A stretch of 64,000 nt of DNA from an uncultured bacterium (GTDB taxonomy: Bacteria > Zixibacteria > MSB-5A5 > GN15 > FEB-12). The translations under genes and the position numbers were made by a program. Positions 29,985-39,871 of the stretch are shown here, piece after piece. The stretch's first letter is position 1. Each line of letters opens with the position of its first letter. Where the stretch lies: NCBI GenBank assembly GCA_965372795.1, contig CBDVDR010000001.1, positions 224,001 to 288,000 of the forward strand, in the 5' to 3' direction. The notes under the pieces were generated by a model. It was not told the DNA's origin and did not search any database. It saw only the letters and a program-made list of their open reading frames with translations.

Positions 29985-30731
29985 TTATTTAATCCGATCG
30001 GGAAATAGTTTTGCCAATTCATCCAGTTGATCAATAGAATTCACTCCACGAAGTTCATCCGGATCCTCTGCCGGCACAACTGAAACACGCATTCCCTTAT
30101 CATGCAACAGTTTAATAGTGTCAGTCAGATAATACTCGCCCTGAGAATTATCATTCCCTATCAAATCTAACATTTGAAACATCGTCTGATTATCATAACA
30201 AAAAGTTCCGGAATTGATTTCATTTATGATTAAAACCGACTCATCGGCATCCTTATGCTCAACGATTTCTTTCAAAAATTCAGTGTCACTTTCCCGAACG
30301 ATTCTTCCATATCCGGTGGGATCATCCAATATTGCTGATAAACAGGTCGATTTGGATTTGGTTCTATTATATACATCAAAAAGAAGATTAATCGATTCTT
30401 TGGATAAAAACGGTACATCACCCAGTGCTATCAGAGTCACGCCGTCAAAGTCCTTGAGACTCTCTTTAGCCATCATAACCGCGTGACCGGTACCCAGCTG
30501 TTCTCTTTGCCAGACAAATTCAACCGGATAATCGGCAAGTTCTTTTTCTATCTGCTCGCCTTCATGTCCGATGACTATAATTATCTTATCAAATTTCAAT
30601 TCTATGAGAGTATTTATAATAATCGTTATCATTGGCATTCCACCGATCCGGTGAAGAACTTTTGGAATATCCGATTTCATCCTTTTCCCTTTTCCGGCAG
30701 CAAGAACTACAGCAGCTTTCTTTATCGACAA
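29985..30731 (-). CDS. glmU: GlmU-type nucleotidyltransferase, N-terminal domain only
   Basis: LAAGKGKRMKS..PKVLH, QLGTGHAV, GYGRIVR and EYYLTD motifs; ends at 248 aa without the LbH domain. Confidence 0.85.
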   Translation of the reverse strand: MSIKKAAVVLAAGKGKRMKSDIPKVLHRIGGMPMITIIINTLIELKFDKIIIVIGHEGEQIEKELADYPVEFVWQREQLGTGHAVMMAKESLKDFDGVTLIALGDVPFLSKESINLLFDVYNRTKSKSTCLSAILDDPTGYGRIVRESDTEFLKEIVEHKDADESVLIINEINSGTFCYDNQTMFQMLDLIGNDNSQGEYYLTDTIKLLHDKGMRVSVVPAEDPDELRGVNSIDQLDELAKLFPDRIK

Positions 30732-30775
30732 AGAACCTCCCCTTGATCAATTAAGTTTTATAAATTGATTTGAAA

Positions 30776-31129
30776 TTAAATTTCGGTGGGCTTGTTAGTT
30801 TTATCAACATGAACCACTTTAGGTTCAAAATTCTCAGCCTCTTCCCTATCTATCAGCCCGTATGCAATAATAATAATCAGATCATTCTTTGAAACTTTAC
30901 GAGCCGCCGCACCATTAATCTGAATTATACCACTTCCCGGCTTACCCTCGATTACATAAGTTTCAAAACGCTCGCCATTGTCGATATCGGCTATTTGAAC
31001 CTTTTCATACGGAACTATATCAGCCAACTTCATCAATTCCGAATCTATTGTGATCGAACCGACATAATTCAAATCACAATCGGTGATTGTTGCGCGGTGT
31101 ATTTTAGATTTACAAATCGATATCAACAT
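30776..31129 (-). CDS. panD: Aspartate 1-decarboxylase
   Basis: [21 protein letters not shown] and NGAAAR motifs. Confidence 0.98.
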   Translation of the reverse strand: MLISICKSKIHRATITDCDLNYVGSITIDSELMKLADIVPYEKVQIADIDNGERFETYVIEGKPGSGIIQINGAAARKVSKNDLIIIIAYGLIDREEAENFEPKVVHVDKTNKPTEI

Positions 31130-31310
31130 TTCATTTCATCCTATATTAGTCAGGAAATATACTAAATTTCCAAAACTTCGCAAGGGTGCTCAGAGTACTT
31201 TATTATTCTTACAATACTCAATACTCTGGATTTATAGATTTTGTTCCCACAATTATCATTCCCCTGAAAACAAACCGCACTCTCACTATAATTGACTGTA
31301 TCACAGTGCC

Positions 31311-31787
31311 TTACGGAAAGACTTCAACCCAGTTTCGGGGTGGAAAAATCTCAAGTTCATCACGAATAATATCAGTTACCTGAATCAAATTTTTCCAACT
31401 CAGGATAAATTTCAATTTTTCCGGTTCTAACCATCGAAAATCAGAATTCTCCGAAGACAATTTGACTTTGGATTCAGGATCAACAACAGCAACTATCAAC
31501 GGTAATATCCAGATAGCATCAGCTTCCGGTTCATAAAACTGGATTACATTTTCAGTCGCCCAGATACTTTTCGGAGTGATTTTGATCTCTTCTTTCATTT
31601 CCCGCACCACTACCTGGGCAACGGTTTCATTTTCTACTTTACCGCCGGTCAGAAATCCCCAGCAACCGCCATAAGATTCTGTTTCGGATCTTTTAAGAAT
31701 TAAAAATTTCCAACCATCATAATCATTTTTGATAATTGCAACATTAACTCCGGGAGACTCAATTTTGATATTTGCACGTTCTGTCAT
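31311..31787 (-). CDS. NUDIX hydrolase
   Basis: Nudix box GKVENETVAQVVVREMKEE. Confidence 0.85.
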   Translation of the reverse strand: MTERANIKIESPGVNVAIIKNDYDGWKFLILKRSETESYGGCWGFLTGGKVENETVAQVVVREMKEEIKITPKSIWATENVIQFYEPEADAIWILPLIVAVVDPESKVKLSSENSDFRWLEPEKLKFILSWKNLIQVTDIIRDELEIFPPRNWVEVFP

Positions 31788-31887
31788 TTTACACCAATAA
31801 ATAAAGTTTTATTTATGCCGGATAATAAAATCAGTACGAACCAAAGGTCAATAAGTATTTGATATTTTTATGAAAAAATTTTGATAT

Positions 31888-32733
31888 TTAAAGAAGTTTC
31901 AAATTATCTATCAACCGAACCTTGTGCAACGAAACGGCCAGTGAACAGATCGTGTTTTTTACTACTAATTTAGTAGCCTTTAAACTGTCAAAATCGGTAA
32001 AGGCTATATATTCTACCTTTGATGTCGGGCAGGTTGCTTTGATCACAGCTTTCATCTCACGTCTAATTATAGCACAATCGGTAACCCCTGATGCGACCAT
32101 CTCTTTGGCTGTTTTCAAAGCATAGAACAAACATCTTGCTTCTCCCCTTTGAGACTCGGAGAAATATTTATTCCGTGATGACATCGCCAACCCGTCTTTT
32201 TCCCGAACGGTTGAGGCAATAATAAATTTTATCGGAAAACCCAAATCGCTGGTCATCTGTTTAAGAACCATCGCCTGCTGATAGTCTTTCATCCCGAACA
32301 CAGCCACATCAGGACGGGTGATATTAAACAGTTTAGCAACTATTGTGGTAACGCCTTGGAAATGATCCGGACGTGATTGCCCTTCGAGAGTCTTGGTTAG
32401 CTTTTCAACATTCACAACGGTCTGAAAATTATCGGGGTAGATATCATCCGCTTTGGGAATAAATACAATTTCCGAACCGGCGGATTTTATCTTTTTTATA
32501 TCCCCTTTTTCATCCCGGGGGTATTTACTCAAATCTTCTTTCGGTGCAAACTGGGTCGGATTGACAAAGATCGATGTAATCACAACCTCAGCCTGTTTTT
32601 TAGCTCTTCTGATTAGCGATAGATGTCCTTCATGCAGAAATCCCATAGTCGGAACGAGCCCGATAGTTTTCCCATCGGCGGCTAATTGCCTTGATAGGGA
32701 TTGCATTTTTTTAACCGACCGGATAATTTTCAT
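31888..32733 (-). CDS. panC: Pantoate-beta-alanine ligase
   Basis: VPTMGFLHEGH, FVNPTQF, GLAMSSRN and RLIDN motifs. Confidence 0.98.
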   Translation of the reverse strand: MKIIRSVKKMQSLSRQLAADGKTIGLVPTMGFLHEGHLSLIRRAKKQAEVVITSIFVNPTQFAPKEDLSKYPRDEKGDIKKIKSAGSEIVFIPKADDIYPDNFQTVVNVEKLTKTLEGQSRPDHFQGVTTIVAKLFNITRPDVAVFGMKDYQQAMVLKQMTSDLGFPIKFIIASTVREKDGLAMSSRNKYFSESQRGEARCLFYALKTAKEMVASGVTDCAIIRREMKAVIKATCPTSKVEYIAFTDFDSLKATKLVVKNTICSLAVSLHKVRLIDNLKLL

Positions 32734-32739
32734 GTGAGA

Positions 32740-32768
32740 ATATTAGGCTGAATTTACTTATAAAGCAA
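32740..32768 (-). promoter_or_regulatory. panC promoter, probably leaderless
   Basis: TTGCTT-17-TAATAT, 6 nt before ATG 32733; no SD. Confidence 0.55.
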
Positions 32769-32820
32769 GAAATAGATTGTAAGGGAACTCTTTTAGAGAT
32801 ATTTAGTCAATAAACCAAAC

Positions 32821-33861
32821 CTACATATTATTTACAAAATTTTCAAAAGTGCTATTTTTTAATTCTAAAGTGATATTATTACCATGTAGATTTTCTTCAT
32901 ATTTCATAGTATCAATTTTAGCTTTTAATTTGTATCCAAAAACTTTCAAATAATTAGTAATTAATTTTAAAGATATATTGGGATCTATTAATAATATCTT
33001 TAGATTCTTCTTCCGCATTCTTAGAACGCTATTTAGAAAAAAACATATATGTTCATCAAATTCATTTAAAGAAAGACCAATTATTATAACTTCATCTGCT
33101 TCTATAAATTCATTTCTTGCCATGTTCCATTGTCTTTGTAAAATTGGTGTTTTTTGAATTTCTTCCTTTTTGTTTTCTGAAAAACCAACTATCAATGGTT
33201 CACTTGAATACAAAACTGATGATATATCATATTCTTCAATACTTCCACAGAATGGGCAAGAATAGTTATTCTCGTTCCAATGAGTAACTACTACATTGAT
33301 ATCTGGTCTAAATGATTCTTTGCAATTTAAACAGTATAGAGTATTAGATGAGCCATGTAATTTATAGAAACGGATTTTTTTTGAGTTATCTTGATTGTAT
33401 TTCATCCAATCCACTTGATATTTATTTAGTAAATAACCATCAAATAGAATATCCCAATTTATAGTACAAATAGCTCCTTCAACTTTGTCCAAAAACTTAT
33501 TTGATATAGTTGTCTTTTGAGTCACAGATAAACTATAGAAATAAGTCATTATCGCATATCGAAGATAACTAAGAACATAATTTTTACTTAGGTCGTAGTT
33601 GTCTGAAGATGCTTCGATTATATTATGTAATTTTAAGAAATCCGTATCTTTTGGATTATTTGCTATTCTAATTATTTCTTCTATGTTTTTATCCTTAAGA
33701 ACACTAATAAATGATTTTACGATTTCAATTAACGCTTGAATTTTAAAATTATCTGGGAATGAATGGCTAATCAACGATTGATTAAATTCAGAGACTAATG
33801 GATATCCTGCGTGTTTGGATACTCCAGCTCCAAATAAATAAACTTTTTTTTTCTCCACCAC
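32821..33861 (-). CDS. SIR2-like (SIR2_2) NAD-binding protein, AT-rich, possible defence effector
   Basis: LFGAGVS, TINWD, KLHGS, CxxC...CxxC and IIGLSL..D motifs. Confidence 0.8.
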   Translation of the reverse strand: MVEKKKVYLFGAGVSKHAGYPLVSEFNQSLISHSFPDNFKIQALIEIVKSFISVLKDKNIEEIIRIANNPKDTDFLKLHNIIEASSDNYDLSKNYVLSYLRYAIMTYFYSLSVTQKTTISNKFLDKVEGAICTINWDILFDGYLLNKYQVDWMKYNQDNSKKIRFYKLHGSSNTLYCLNCKESFRPDINVVVTHWNENNYSCPFCGSIEEYDISSVLYSSEPLIVGFSENKKEEIQKTPILQRQWNMARNEFIEADEVIIIGLSLNEFDEHICFFLNSVLRMRKKNLKILLIDPNISLKLITNYLKVFGYKLKAKIDTMKYEENLHGNNITLELKNSTFENFVNNM

Positions 33862-33866
33862 TCCCC

Positions 33867-34955
33867 CTACTCCTCTTCCCCGAACAAAGGCGTCTCGTCG
33901 CCAATAGCATAATTGTCTTTGATCTTACGAATAGCTATAAATCCCGAAGTCTGCGCTGTGGCGATCACACTCAACATATAAGCCACACCCGAAGTAAAAA
34001 TTATAAACAACATGACTGACATCAAATACCCAGCCGGTTGATCCGTCCCGCCCCGCGCCCATTGGGTAATCGAAAATGACCAGTCGACCCCGGGCATCAC
34101 ATTAAGCATACTTTCTACAATCGGCGAGTTTACCGGAAGATGCGAAAATCCCGACCGTACCAATCGCTCAACTTTCCCACCGCCAAGCATCGAAGCCGAC
34201 ACCACTGCAAACTGCACCGCCCGATAAGATGCGTAGGCATACACAAATCCGGCAAGTTTCGCCGCCACAAAAGCATAAGCGGTATATCCGACCCACCGGA
34301 ACGGCTGGCGGATTATGGTTGAGAATGTTTCTAAAATTGCGTTAAAGGCTTCCCCTTTACGCTCCGAGGCGGCAACTGAGGGAAGCAATAAAACCGAAAT
34401 CTGGAACACAGTGAAAATAAATATCGAAAAAATCGCAACGATAAATCCCGGGAAAACAAAAAACAGCGCCACAATCCATTCGCCAATAAAAGGAATCCGT
34501 CCCAGCAATCCGAACAGCCAGAACAAAATCACCACAAACAGCAAAAACATAACAATCGCCAACTCGGCAAGAATAATCTGGTTGATTCTTTTAAACCCAA
34601 ATTTAATCGACTGCCTGATTGATAAAAACGGATTGCCCCTGATTTTCTCAACTTCCATCGCCGACACACAAAACATCCCGATCATTATCGCAATCGTACT
34701 GACAAACAGACCGACTCCGAAAATAATTTTTGCAAACGGACTTTTTAAAACAATATGGAAAAATGGGAACAGATTATAAGCCTGCCAGATATAGCTGAGT
34801 TTTTCACCGTCAATCGCAAATGAGAGATAAGCAAAAATATCATAAAGACCTAATGCGATAGTCAAAAAAACAGTCATCACCAGAATCTTCTTTGGTGCCA
34901 ATGCCCGAAGCGGCGCCCAGAGAACATCATAAAAATTATAGTTTGGTTTATTCAT
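33867..34955 (-). CDS. Multi-pass membrane protein of unknown function
   Basis: Several long hydrophobic segments. Confidence 0.75.
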   Translation of the reverse strand: MNKPNYNFYDVLWAPLRALAPKKILVMTVFLTIALGLYDIFAYLSFAIDGEKLSYIWQAYNLFPFFHIVLKSPFAKIIFGVGLFVSTIAIMIGMFCVSAMEVEKIRGNPFLSIRQSIKFGFKRINQIILAELAIVMFLLFVVILFWLFGLLGRIPFIGEWIVALFFVFPGFIVAIFSIFIFTVFQISVLLLPSVAASERKGEAFNAILETFSTIIRQPFRWVGYTAYAFVAAKLAGFVYAYASYRAVQFAVVSASMLGGGKVERLVRSGFSHLPVNSPIVESMLNVMPGVDWSFSITQWARGGTDQPAGYLMSVMLFIIFTSGVAYMLSVIATAQTSGFIAIRKIKDNYAIGDETPLFGEEE

Positions 34956-35047
34956 ATTGTGATCTTCTTTCTTACATCCCTATAGTCAAGGTAACTAAGT
35001 TACCATTTTTTTAGCAACGAAAGCACTTTATTATATGTAGAATTCTA

Positions 35048-36046
35048 CTATAAATGAAATTCTACAATATCTTTATCAGCCAGCACAAAATCTTTTTGCA
35101 CTCTTTGTCCGTCAAATTTCCCCTCACCCCAGACTTTGGCAAATTTGAGTTTATCGGCAATATCCCGGTGAAGTTCAAAAGCCGCTTCTTCAACATTCCC
35201 ACCGATATGAAGAATGATCGGGTCTTTAAAATCAGCTTCTTTGCCAACCGGTTTAGTGTAAATTCGCATTATTTTCAAACTGTCAAACAGAGCTTTTTGA
35301 AGTTCCTCAAGGCTGACATCATCGAGTATCGAAGTCGGCACGATCACAAACCCGTCAAACATCTTTTTAAGCTGTTCATATTTCTCATGCGACTCATCTT
35401 CATATTCTTTATGAGCGCAGATTAATGTTTTCTTGTAGGCATACCTCGGATCATCAGGCTTTTCATCAACCTCGGCTTTTAGAATAATCCTTTTTTCTTC
35501 AAGCTTATCTAATATAAATTTGATATCACTTGCCATATTTTCTGCGGCAAGATCAGCCACCAGCAAAACAATATCCGCATTCCTAATCAACCCCGACATA
35601 TAGTTTTCATAAAGTTCAGTCGAAATTGGCGGTGTATCTATAAGTTGCAAATGAACCGTATCATAAATCATCATCCCCGGTTGCGGTTCCCGGGTAGTGT
35701 ATGGATAATCTCCGATTAACGGTTTTGCATGAGTAAAAACATCAATCAGCGACGATTTACCGCTATTGGGCGGACCAATCAAAATAATCTGTCCGGCGCC
35801 TTCCTTGTCAATATGATCCATCGATGTAACCTGGCGGGCGCCATGCGTTTTATTTCCACCGCCTTCAATAGTCTTTTTGAGTTTGGAAATTTTACCTTTC
35901 ATTTCCGCCTGAAGCTTGTCGGTGCCCTTATGTTTGGGCATCATCCGAAGCAGCTCCTGAGCCATCCGCAGTTTTTCCCTCGGGTCCGATTCTGATTTGA
36001 ATTCCCGTTCTAACTCGTAATATTGTGGCGGCAAATTAGCAGGCAT
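35048..36046 (-). CDS. DRG/OBG-family GTPase with C-terminal TGS domain
   Basis: PKHKGTDK, G1 GPPNSGKSS, YPYTT, DTPP; TGS domain RIYTKP...AKVWG...GQRV. Confidence 0.9.
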   Translation of the reverse strand: MPANLPPQYYELEREFKSESDPREKLRMAQELLRMMPKHKGTDKLQAEMKGKISKLKKTIEGGGNKTHGARQVTSMDHIDKEGAGQIILIGPPNSGKSSLIDVFTHAKPLIGDYPYTTREPQPGMMIYDTVHLQLIDTPPISTELYENYMSGLIRNADIVLLVADLAAENMASDIKFILDKLEEKRIILKAEVDEKPDDPRYAYKKTLICAHKEYEDESHEKYEQLKKMFDGFVIVPTSILDDVSLEELQKALFDSLKIMRIYTKPVGKEADFKDPIILHIGGNVEEAAFELHRDIADKLKFAKVWGEGKFDGQRVQKDFVLADKDIVEFHL

Positions 36047-36099
36047 ATCTATTTATAATATATTAAATCTATCTAAACAAGTATCAGGGTGATGCAAAT

Positions 36100-37269
36100 T
36101 TATGAAAATTTCGAGATTATTTCTTCTATCGACCGGCATACATAATCAATTCCATCCTTTTTCAGCCCGACATAAAACGGAAGCGATATTACTCGGCGAC
36201 CGGCATAAGCAGAATTGGGGAGAATTTGCTCGGTAAAACCAAGAGCATCGCGATAATATTCAAACTCAAAAATCGGCTGATAATGAACTCCGCACTCAAT
36301 CCCCTTTTTGTTCATCAGACGGATAAATTCGTTCCGATCAATTTTAAGTTTTGATAAATGTAACTTGATGATAAACAGATGCCAGCCATGAGTTATATTA
36401 TCATCCAAAAACGGCAGTTCAATATATTCACTGAGATGTGATAATTTCTTAATATATTTACCGGCCACCTTTTCTCGTTTGATTTGATCTTTTTCAAATG
36501 TTGTAAACTGACCCAGCCCGATGGCGGCGTGAACATCAGACATATTTCCCTTGAACCCTAAATGAGCTATATCGTAATGCCAGTCCTTTTTCTTATTCCG
36601 GTCAAAGGTGTTCTTGGTAAAACCATGTCGGGCAAACAGCCGGATCGCATCAATCAATTCTTTATGTCGACTGACAACCATCCCGCCCTCGCCGCAGGTC
36701 AGATTTTTTGTGGAATAAAATGAATAGACCGAAGCATCGGTATACTTTGGAATTGACTTCCCCTTATACTTCGCCGCAATTGCATGAGCCGAATCAGAAA
36801 TCAATGGGACAGACAGTCTATCGCAAACTTTTTTTAAACGATCATAATTTGAAGGATAACCGGCTATATCAACCGGCATAACAGCGATTGTACGATCAGT
36901 AATTTTACGGGCAACTTCATCAGGATCAATGTTGAGTGTCTTTGGATTAATATCGGCAAATATCGGACGCGCCCCGGTATGCATTATAGCCTCAATCGTT
37001 CCGACAAATGTAAACGGTGATGTGATAACTTCTTTTGTATTATTTGACCCAATCGCCGAAAGAATCATCTGAAGACCAAGGGTGCATGAGTTAATTGCGA
37101 CGCTATGTTTCATGCCGAGATACGAACTGACCGTTTTCTCAAATTGCTTAACTTTCGGTCCGCTTGTCAGCCACCCGCTATTTAAGGTGTCGTTGACTTC
37201 TTTTTTGGTTTGCGACGAAAGCTTTATATCAAAAAGAGGAATCTCAATTTTATTTTGTTTTTTGCTCAT
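36100..37269 (-). CDS. DegT/DnrJ/StrS PLP-dependent sugar aminotransferase
   Basis: SGWLTSGPKV, DSAHA and SFYSTKNLTCGEGG motifs. Confidence 0.93.
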   Translation of the reverse strand: MSKKQNKIEIPLFDIKLSSQTKKEVNDTLNSGWLTSGPKVKQFEKTVSSYLGMKHSVAINSCTLGLQMILSAIGSNNTKEVITSPFTFVGTIEAIMHTGARPIFADINPKTLNIDPDEVARKITDRTIAVMPVDIAGYPSNYDRLKKVCDRLSVPLISDSAHAIAAKYKGKSIPKYTDASVYSFYSTKNLTCGEGGMVVSRHKELIDAIRLFARHGFTKNTFDRNKKKDWHYDIAHLGFKGNMSDVHAAIGLGQFTTFEKDQIKREKVAGKYIKKLSHLSEYIELPFLDDNITHGWHLFIIKLHLSKLKIDRNEFIRLMNKKGIECGVHYQPIFEFEYYRDALGFTEQILPNSAYAGRRVISLPFYVGLKKDGIDYVCRSIEEIISKFS

Positions 37270-38317
37270 AAATTAACCGTTCATAAAGTTCTGCCATTGA
37301 ATCTAAAGAACTCTCCCAATCATAATTTTCTTTAACAAAATCATACGCCGCCTTACCCATACTATTACATAAATCTCTGTTAGTGGCAAGTTTGATAATT
37401 GCCTCGGCAAGTTTCCCGACATTTTCCGGTGGAACCAATAAGCCCGTCTCACCATCCCGGATAACTTCCGGCACTCCCCCAATTCGTGAGGCAATAACCG
37501 GACGACCACAGGCATTTGCCTCAAGCACAGCGACTCCGAACGATTCCGATTCCATAACAGAAGGCATCACCATAAAATGATGCTGTTTAATCAGGGAATA
37601 AATTTCTTTATTTTCAATATGTCCGACAAATTGAACATTATCCTGAATATCATAATCTAACACAGCCAATTTTAAAGCCGAAGTCAGGTCCCCTTCTCCG
37701 GCAAGAGTCAGCTGAATATCCGGTATTTTTTCTTTAACTTTTGAAATCGCCTGAAGTAAAATATCCGGACCATATTTTTTGCGATGGGCTTTGATAAAAC
37801 ATATTTTAATTCTACCCGTAGGAGGATTTGTTCTCTCTGCTGGTATTTTTACTCCAAATGGTATAACCGTTAAACGATCTTTAACATCCTTTGCTAATTT
37901 TATCGCATGATCTTTTAACAGGTTACTGGTAGCAGTAATATAAGTCGCATCATTAAGAATCTTTTTAATCAGAAATCTATTAGCCGGATTTGAAGGGAAA
38001 TCAATTATATCAGCACCCCAAACCGAAACTATCGACGGTTTGATATTACACAATTTTGCCCAAAGCCCGAAACCGGAGGCGTAATGAGCATGAACCAAAT
38101 CAGGCTTAAACGACTTTGCAACCGATCCTGCTTTACCGGCTTGGGTTATATATGAAAGTTTCATGGATCGAGGCAGGATAACCGTTTCGATATCATCAAG
38201 CGGCTTCCCATCAAGGGAGATAAGTTTCATATCAAAACCACGACTGGATAAACCTCGTACCCACCGTTGAATGTGAACTGAATCAGCCCAGCCGAAGATA
38301 ACTATTCGTTTTGACAT
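37250..38317 (-). CDS. Glycosyltransferase family 4
   Basis: VHAHYASGFG and ESFGVAVLEANACGRPVIAS motifs. Confidence 0.92.
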   Translation of the reverse strand: MSKRIVIFGWADSVHIQRWVRGLSSRGFDMKLISLDGKPLDDIETVILPRSMKLSYITQAGKAGSVAKSFKPDLVHAHYASGFGLWAKLCNIKPSIVSVWGADIIDFPSNPANRFLIKKILNDATYITATSNLLKDHAIKLAKDVKDRLTVIPFGVKIPAERTNPPTGRIKICFIKAHRKKYGPDILLQAISKVKEKIPDIQLTLAGEGDLTSALKLAVLDYDIQDNVQFVGHIENKEIYSLIKQHHFMVMPSVMESESFGVAVLEANACGRPVIASRIGGVPEVIRDGETGLLVPPENVGKLAEAIIKLATNRDLCNSMGKAAYDFVKENYDWESSLDSMAELYERLIYEQKTK

Positions 38318-39871
38318 TTAACTGATACTCTCTTTTTTATTCCTGAAAAATATATCAACCAAACCTCTTCTAAACCCAAAACAGTATAGTGATATTAAAT
38401 AGATTATCACAACTATACAAAAAGACAAAATCAAATAACCGGTCAAATATATATTATTGTTATTATAAATATCTATGCTAAAATAACTCTTAACATACGC
38501 CAGACCACCAAGTGGCAAGACCCCAGCTAAAAGCAGATTGACAATGATTGCAATATTGCGCGAGTCAGACTTTAGTTTAAGACGGCTGATAAGAAAACTC
38601 ACCAATAAAACTGCATACAATAAAAAAGATATCGACGAGGCCGCTGTAATTCCGCCAATACCAAAATAATTTGAAAGCAAGGCTGTCAAAAGATACTTTA
38701 TGACCAATGCAATTACCGCAAAATAGAAAACCTGTTTCTCCCAGTTCCCCGAATAACATGCTCGTACTGAACTCGAAATTACAAACAGAGCAATAACAGT
38801 CGGCACAAACGGTTTCAAAACCGAAGCCGTCAACATAACCGAATCAGCATCAAAAGCACCGCGGAAAAAGAGAAGCTTTACAATTTCCTCAGCATTAACA
38901 TACATCATGATTGCTAACGGAATCGCCAGAGTGATTGCGGCGATAATCGATTTAATGTAAGTCTGACCGAAACCAACTTCATCCTCAATTGATTGTTTTG
39001 AAAAAAGAGGGAATAAAACCGAAGCAATCGCAAATCCGATGACCGCATCAGGCAGAATAATCAAAACATTGCTGTAATTTAATGCCGCCACGCTCCCCTC
39101 TCCAAAACTTACCGCAAAATAACGATCAATCAAAAAATACGACCGATTAATAAATTCAATCAGAATTATAACTGACAAACCCGAAGTTACCAGTCTGATC
39201 TCTTTTGTATCTAACGAAAATTTAATATTTCTAAAAAGATCAAGTTTCAATACTCTTAATAGCAGATACACATTCTGGAAAAACAGACCGGCCAACCATC
39301 CAATAGCAATGGCACCAACCGATAAATTTTCTGCAAAAAGAACAATACAGCCTATGGAAAAAATATTAAAAATCAGAAAACCGGAGGCTGGGAAAATAAA
39401 TATTTTATTTACATTCAAATACGACCGCAATATCGCTTCGATAGTTCCCAGCACAATTGAAACCGCTGTCACCTGGCTGAACAGAATCAAGCGCTCAAAT
39501 TCTATATCTGTTAGACCGCCCCCCCAGATCCTCATTATCGCCGGAGCAGATAAAATAATTAAAATTGTAATTATTGCCGCGCTAAATATTTTGAAATTTA
39601 TAACAGTCCAGACAGAACTCCAGACATTTTTATTTTGTTCAATCTCTGTTATTTTTTTTGAAAAATAGGGTACCAGAAAATAAACGGAAGCATAATTAAA
39701 AACACCATAGAACAGAGCCGGAAGAATTATTGCAATCAGATAAAGATCATATTCCGAACTGGTGCCGAATTTTTCAGCGATAATTATTTCTCTGATGAAT
39801 CCGAGAAGTTTCGAGAGAAATACTACCGAGACCACACCGAAAATAATTTCTCGCAGCCGATTAATTCGCAA
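38318..39871 (-). CDS. murJ: MurJ/MviN-family (MOP) flippase
   Basis: LSKLLGFIRE..IA..FG, IDR..A, LFFRGAFD motifs; about 14 TM helices. Confidence 0.8.
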   Translation of the reverse strand: MRINRLREIIFGVVSVVFLSKLLGFIREIIIAEKFGTSSEYDLYLIAIILPALFYGVFNYASVYFLVPYFSKKITEIEQNKNVWSSVWTVINFKIFSAAIITILIILSAPAIMRIWGGGLTDIEFERLILFSQVTAVSIVLGTIEAILRSYLNVNKIFIFPASGFLIFNIFSIGCIVLFAENLSVGAIAIGWLAGLFFQNVYLLLRVLKLDLFRNIKFSLDTKEIRLVTSGLSVIILIEFINRSYFLIDRYFAVSFGEGSVAALNYSNVLIILPDAVIGFAIASVLFPLFSKQSIEDEVGFGQTYIKSIIAAITLAIPLAIMMYVNAEEIVKLLFFRGAFDADSVMLTASVLKPFVPTVIALFVISSSVRACYSGNWEKQVFYFAVIALVIKYLLTALLSNYFGIGGITAASSISFLLYAVLLVSFLISRLKLKSDSRNIAIIVNLLLAGVLPLGGLAYVKSYFSIDIYNNNNIYLTGYLILSFCIVVIIYLISLYCFGFRRGLVDIFFRNKKESIS

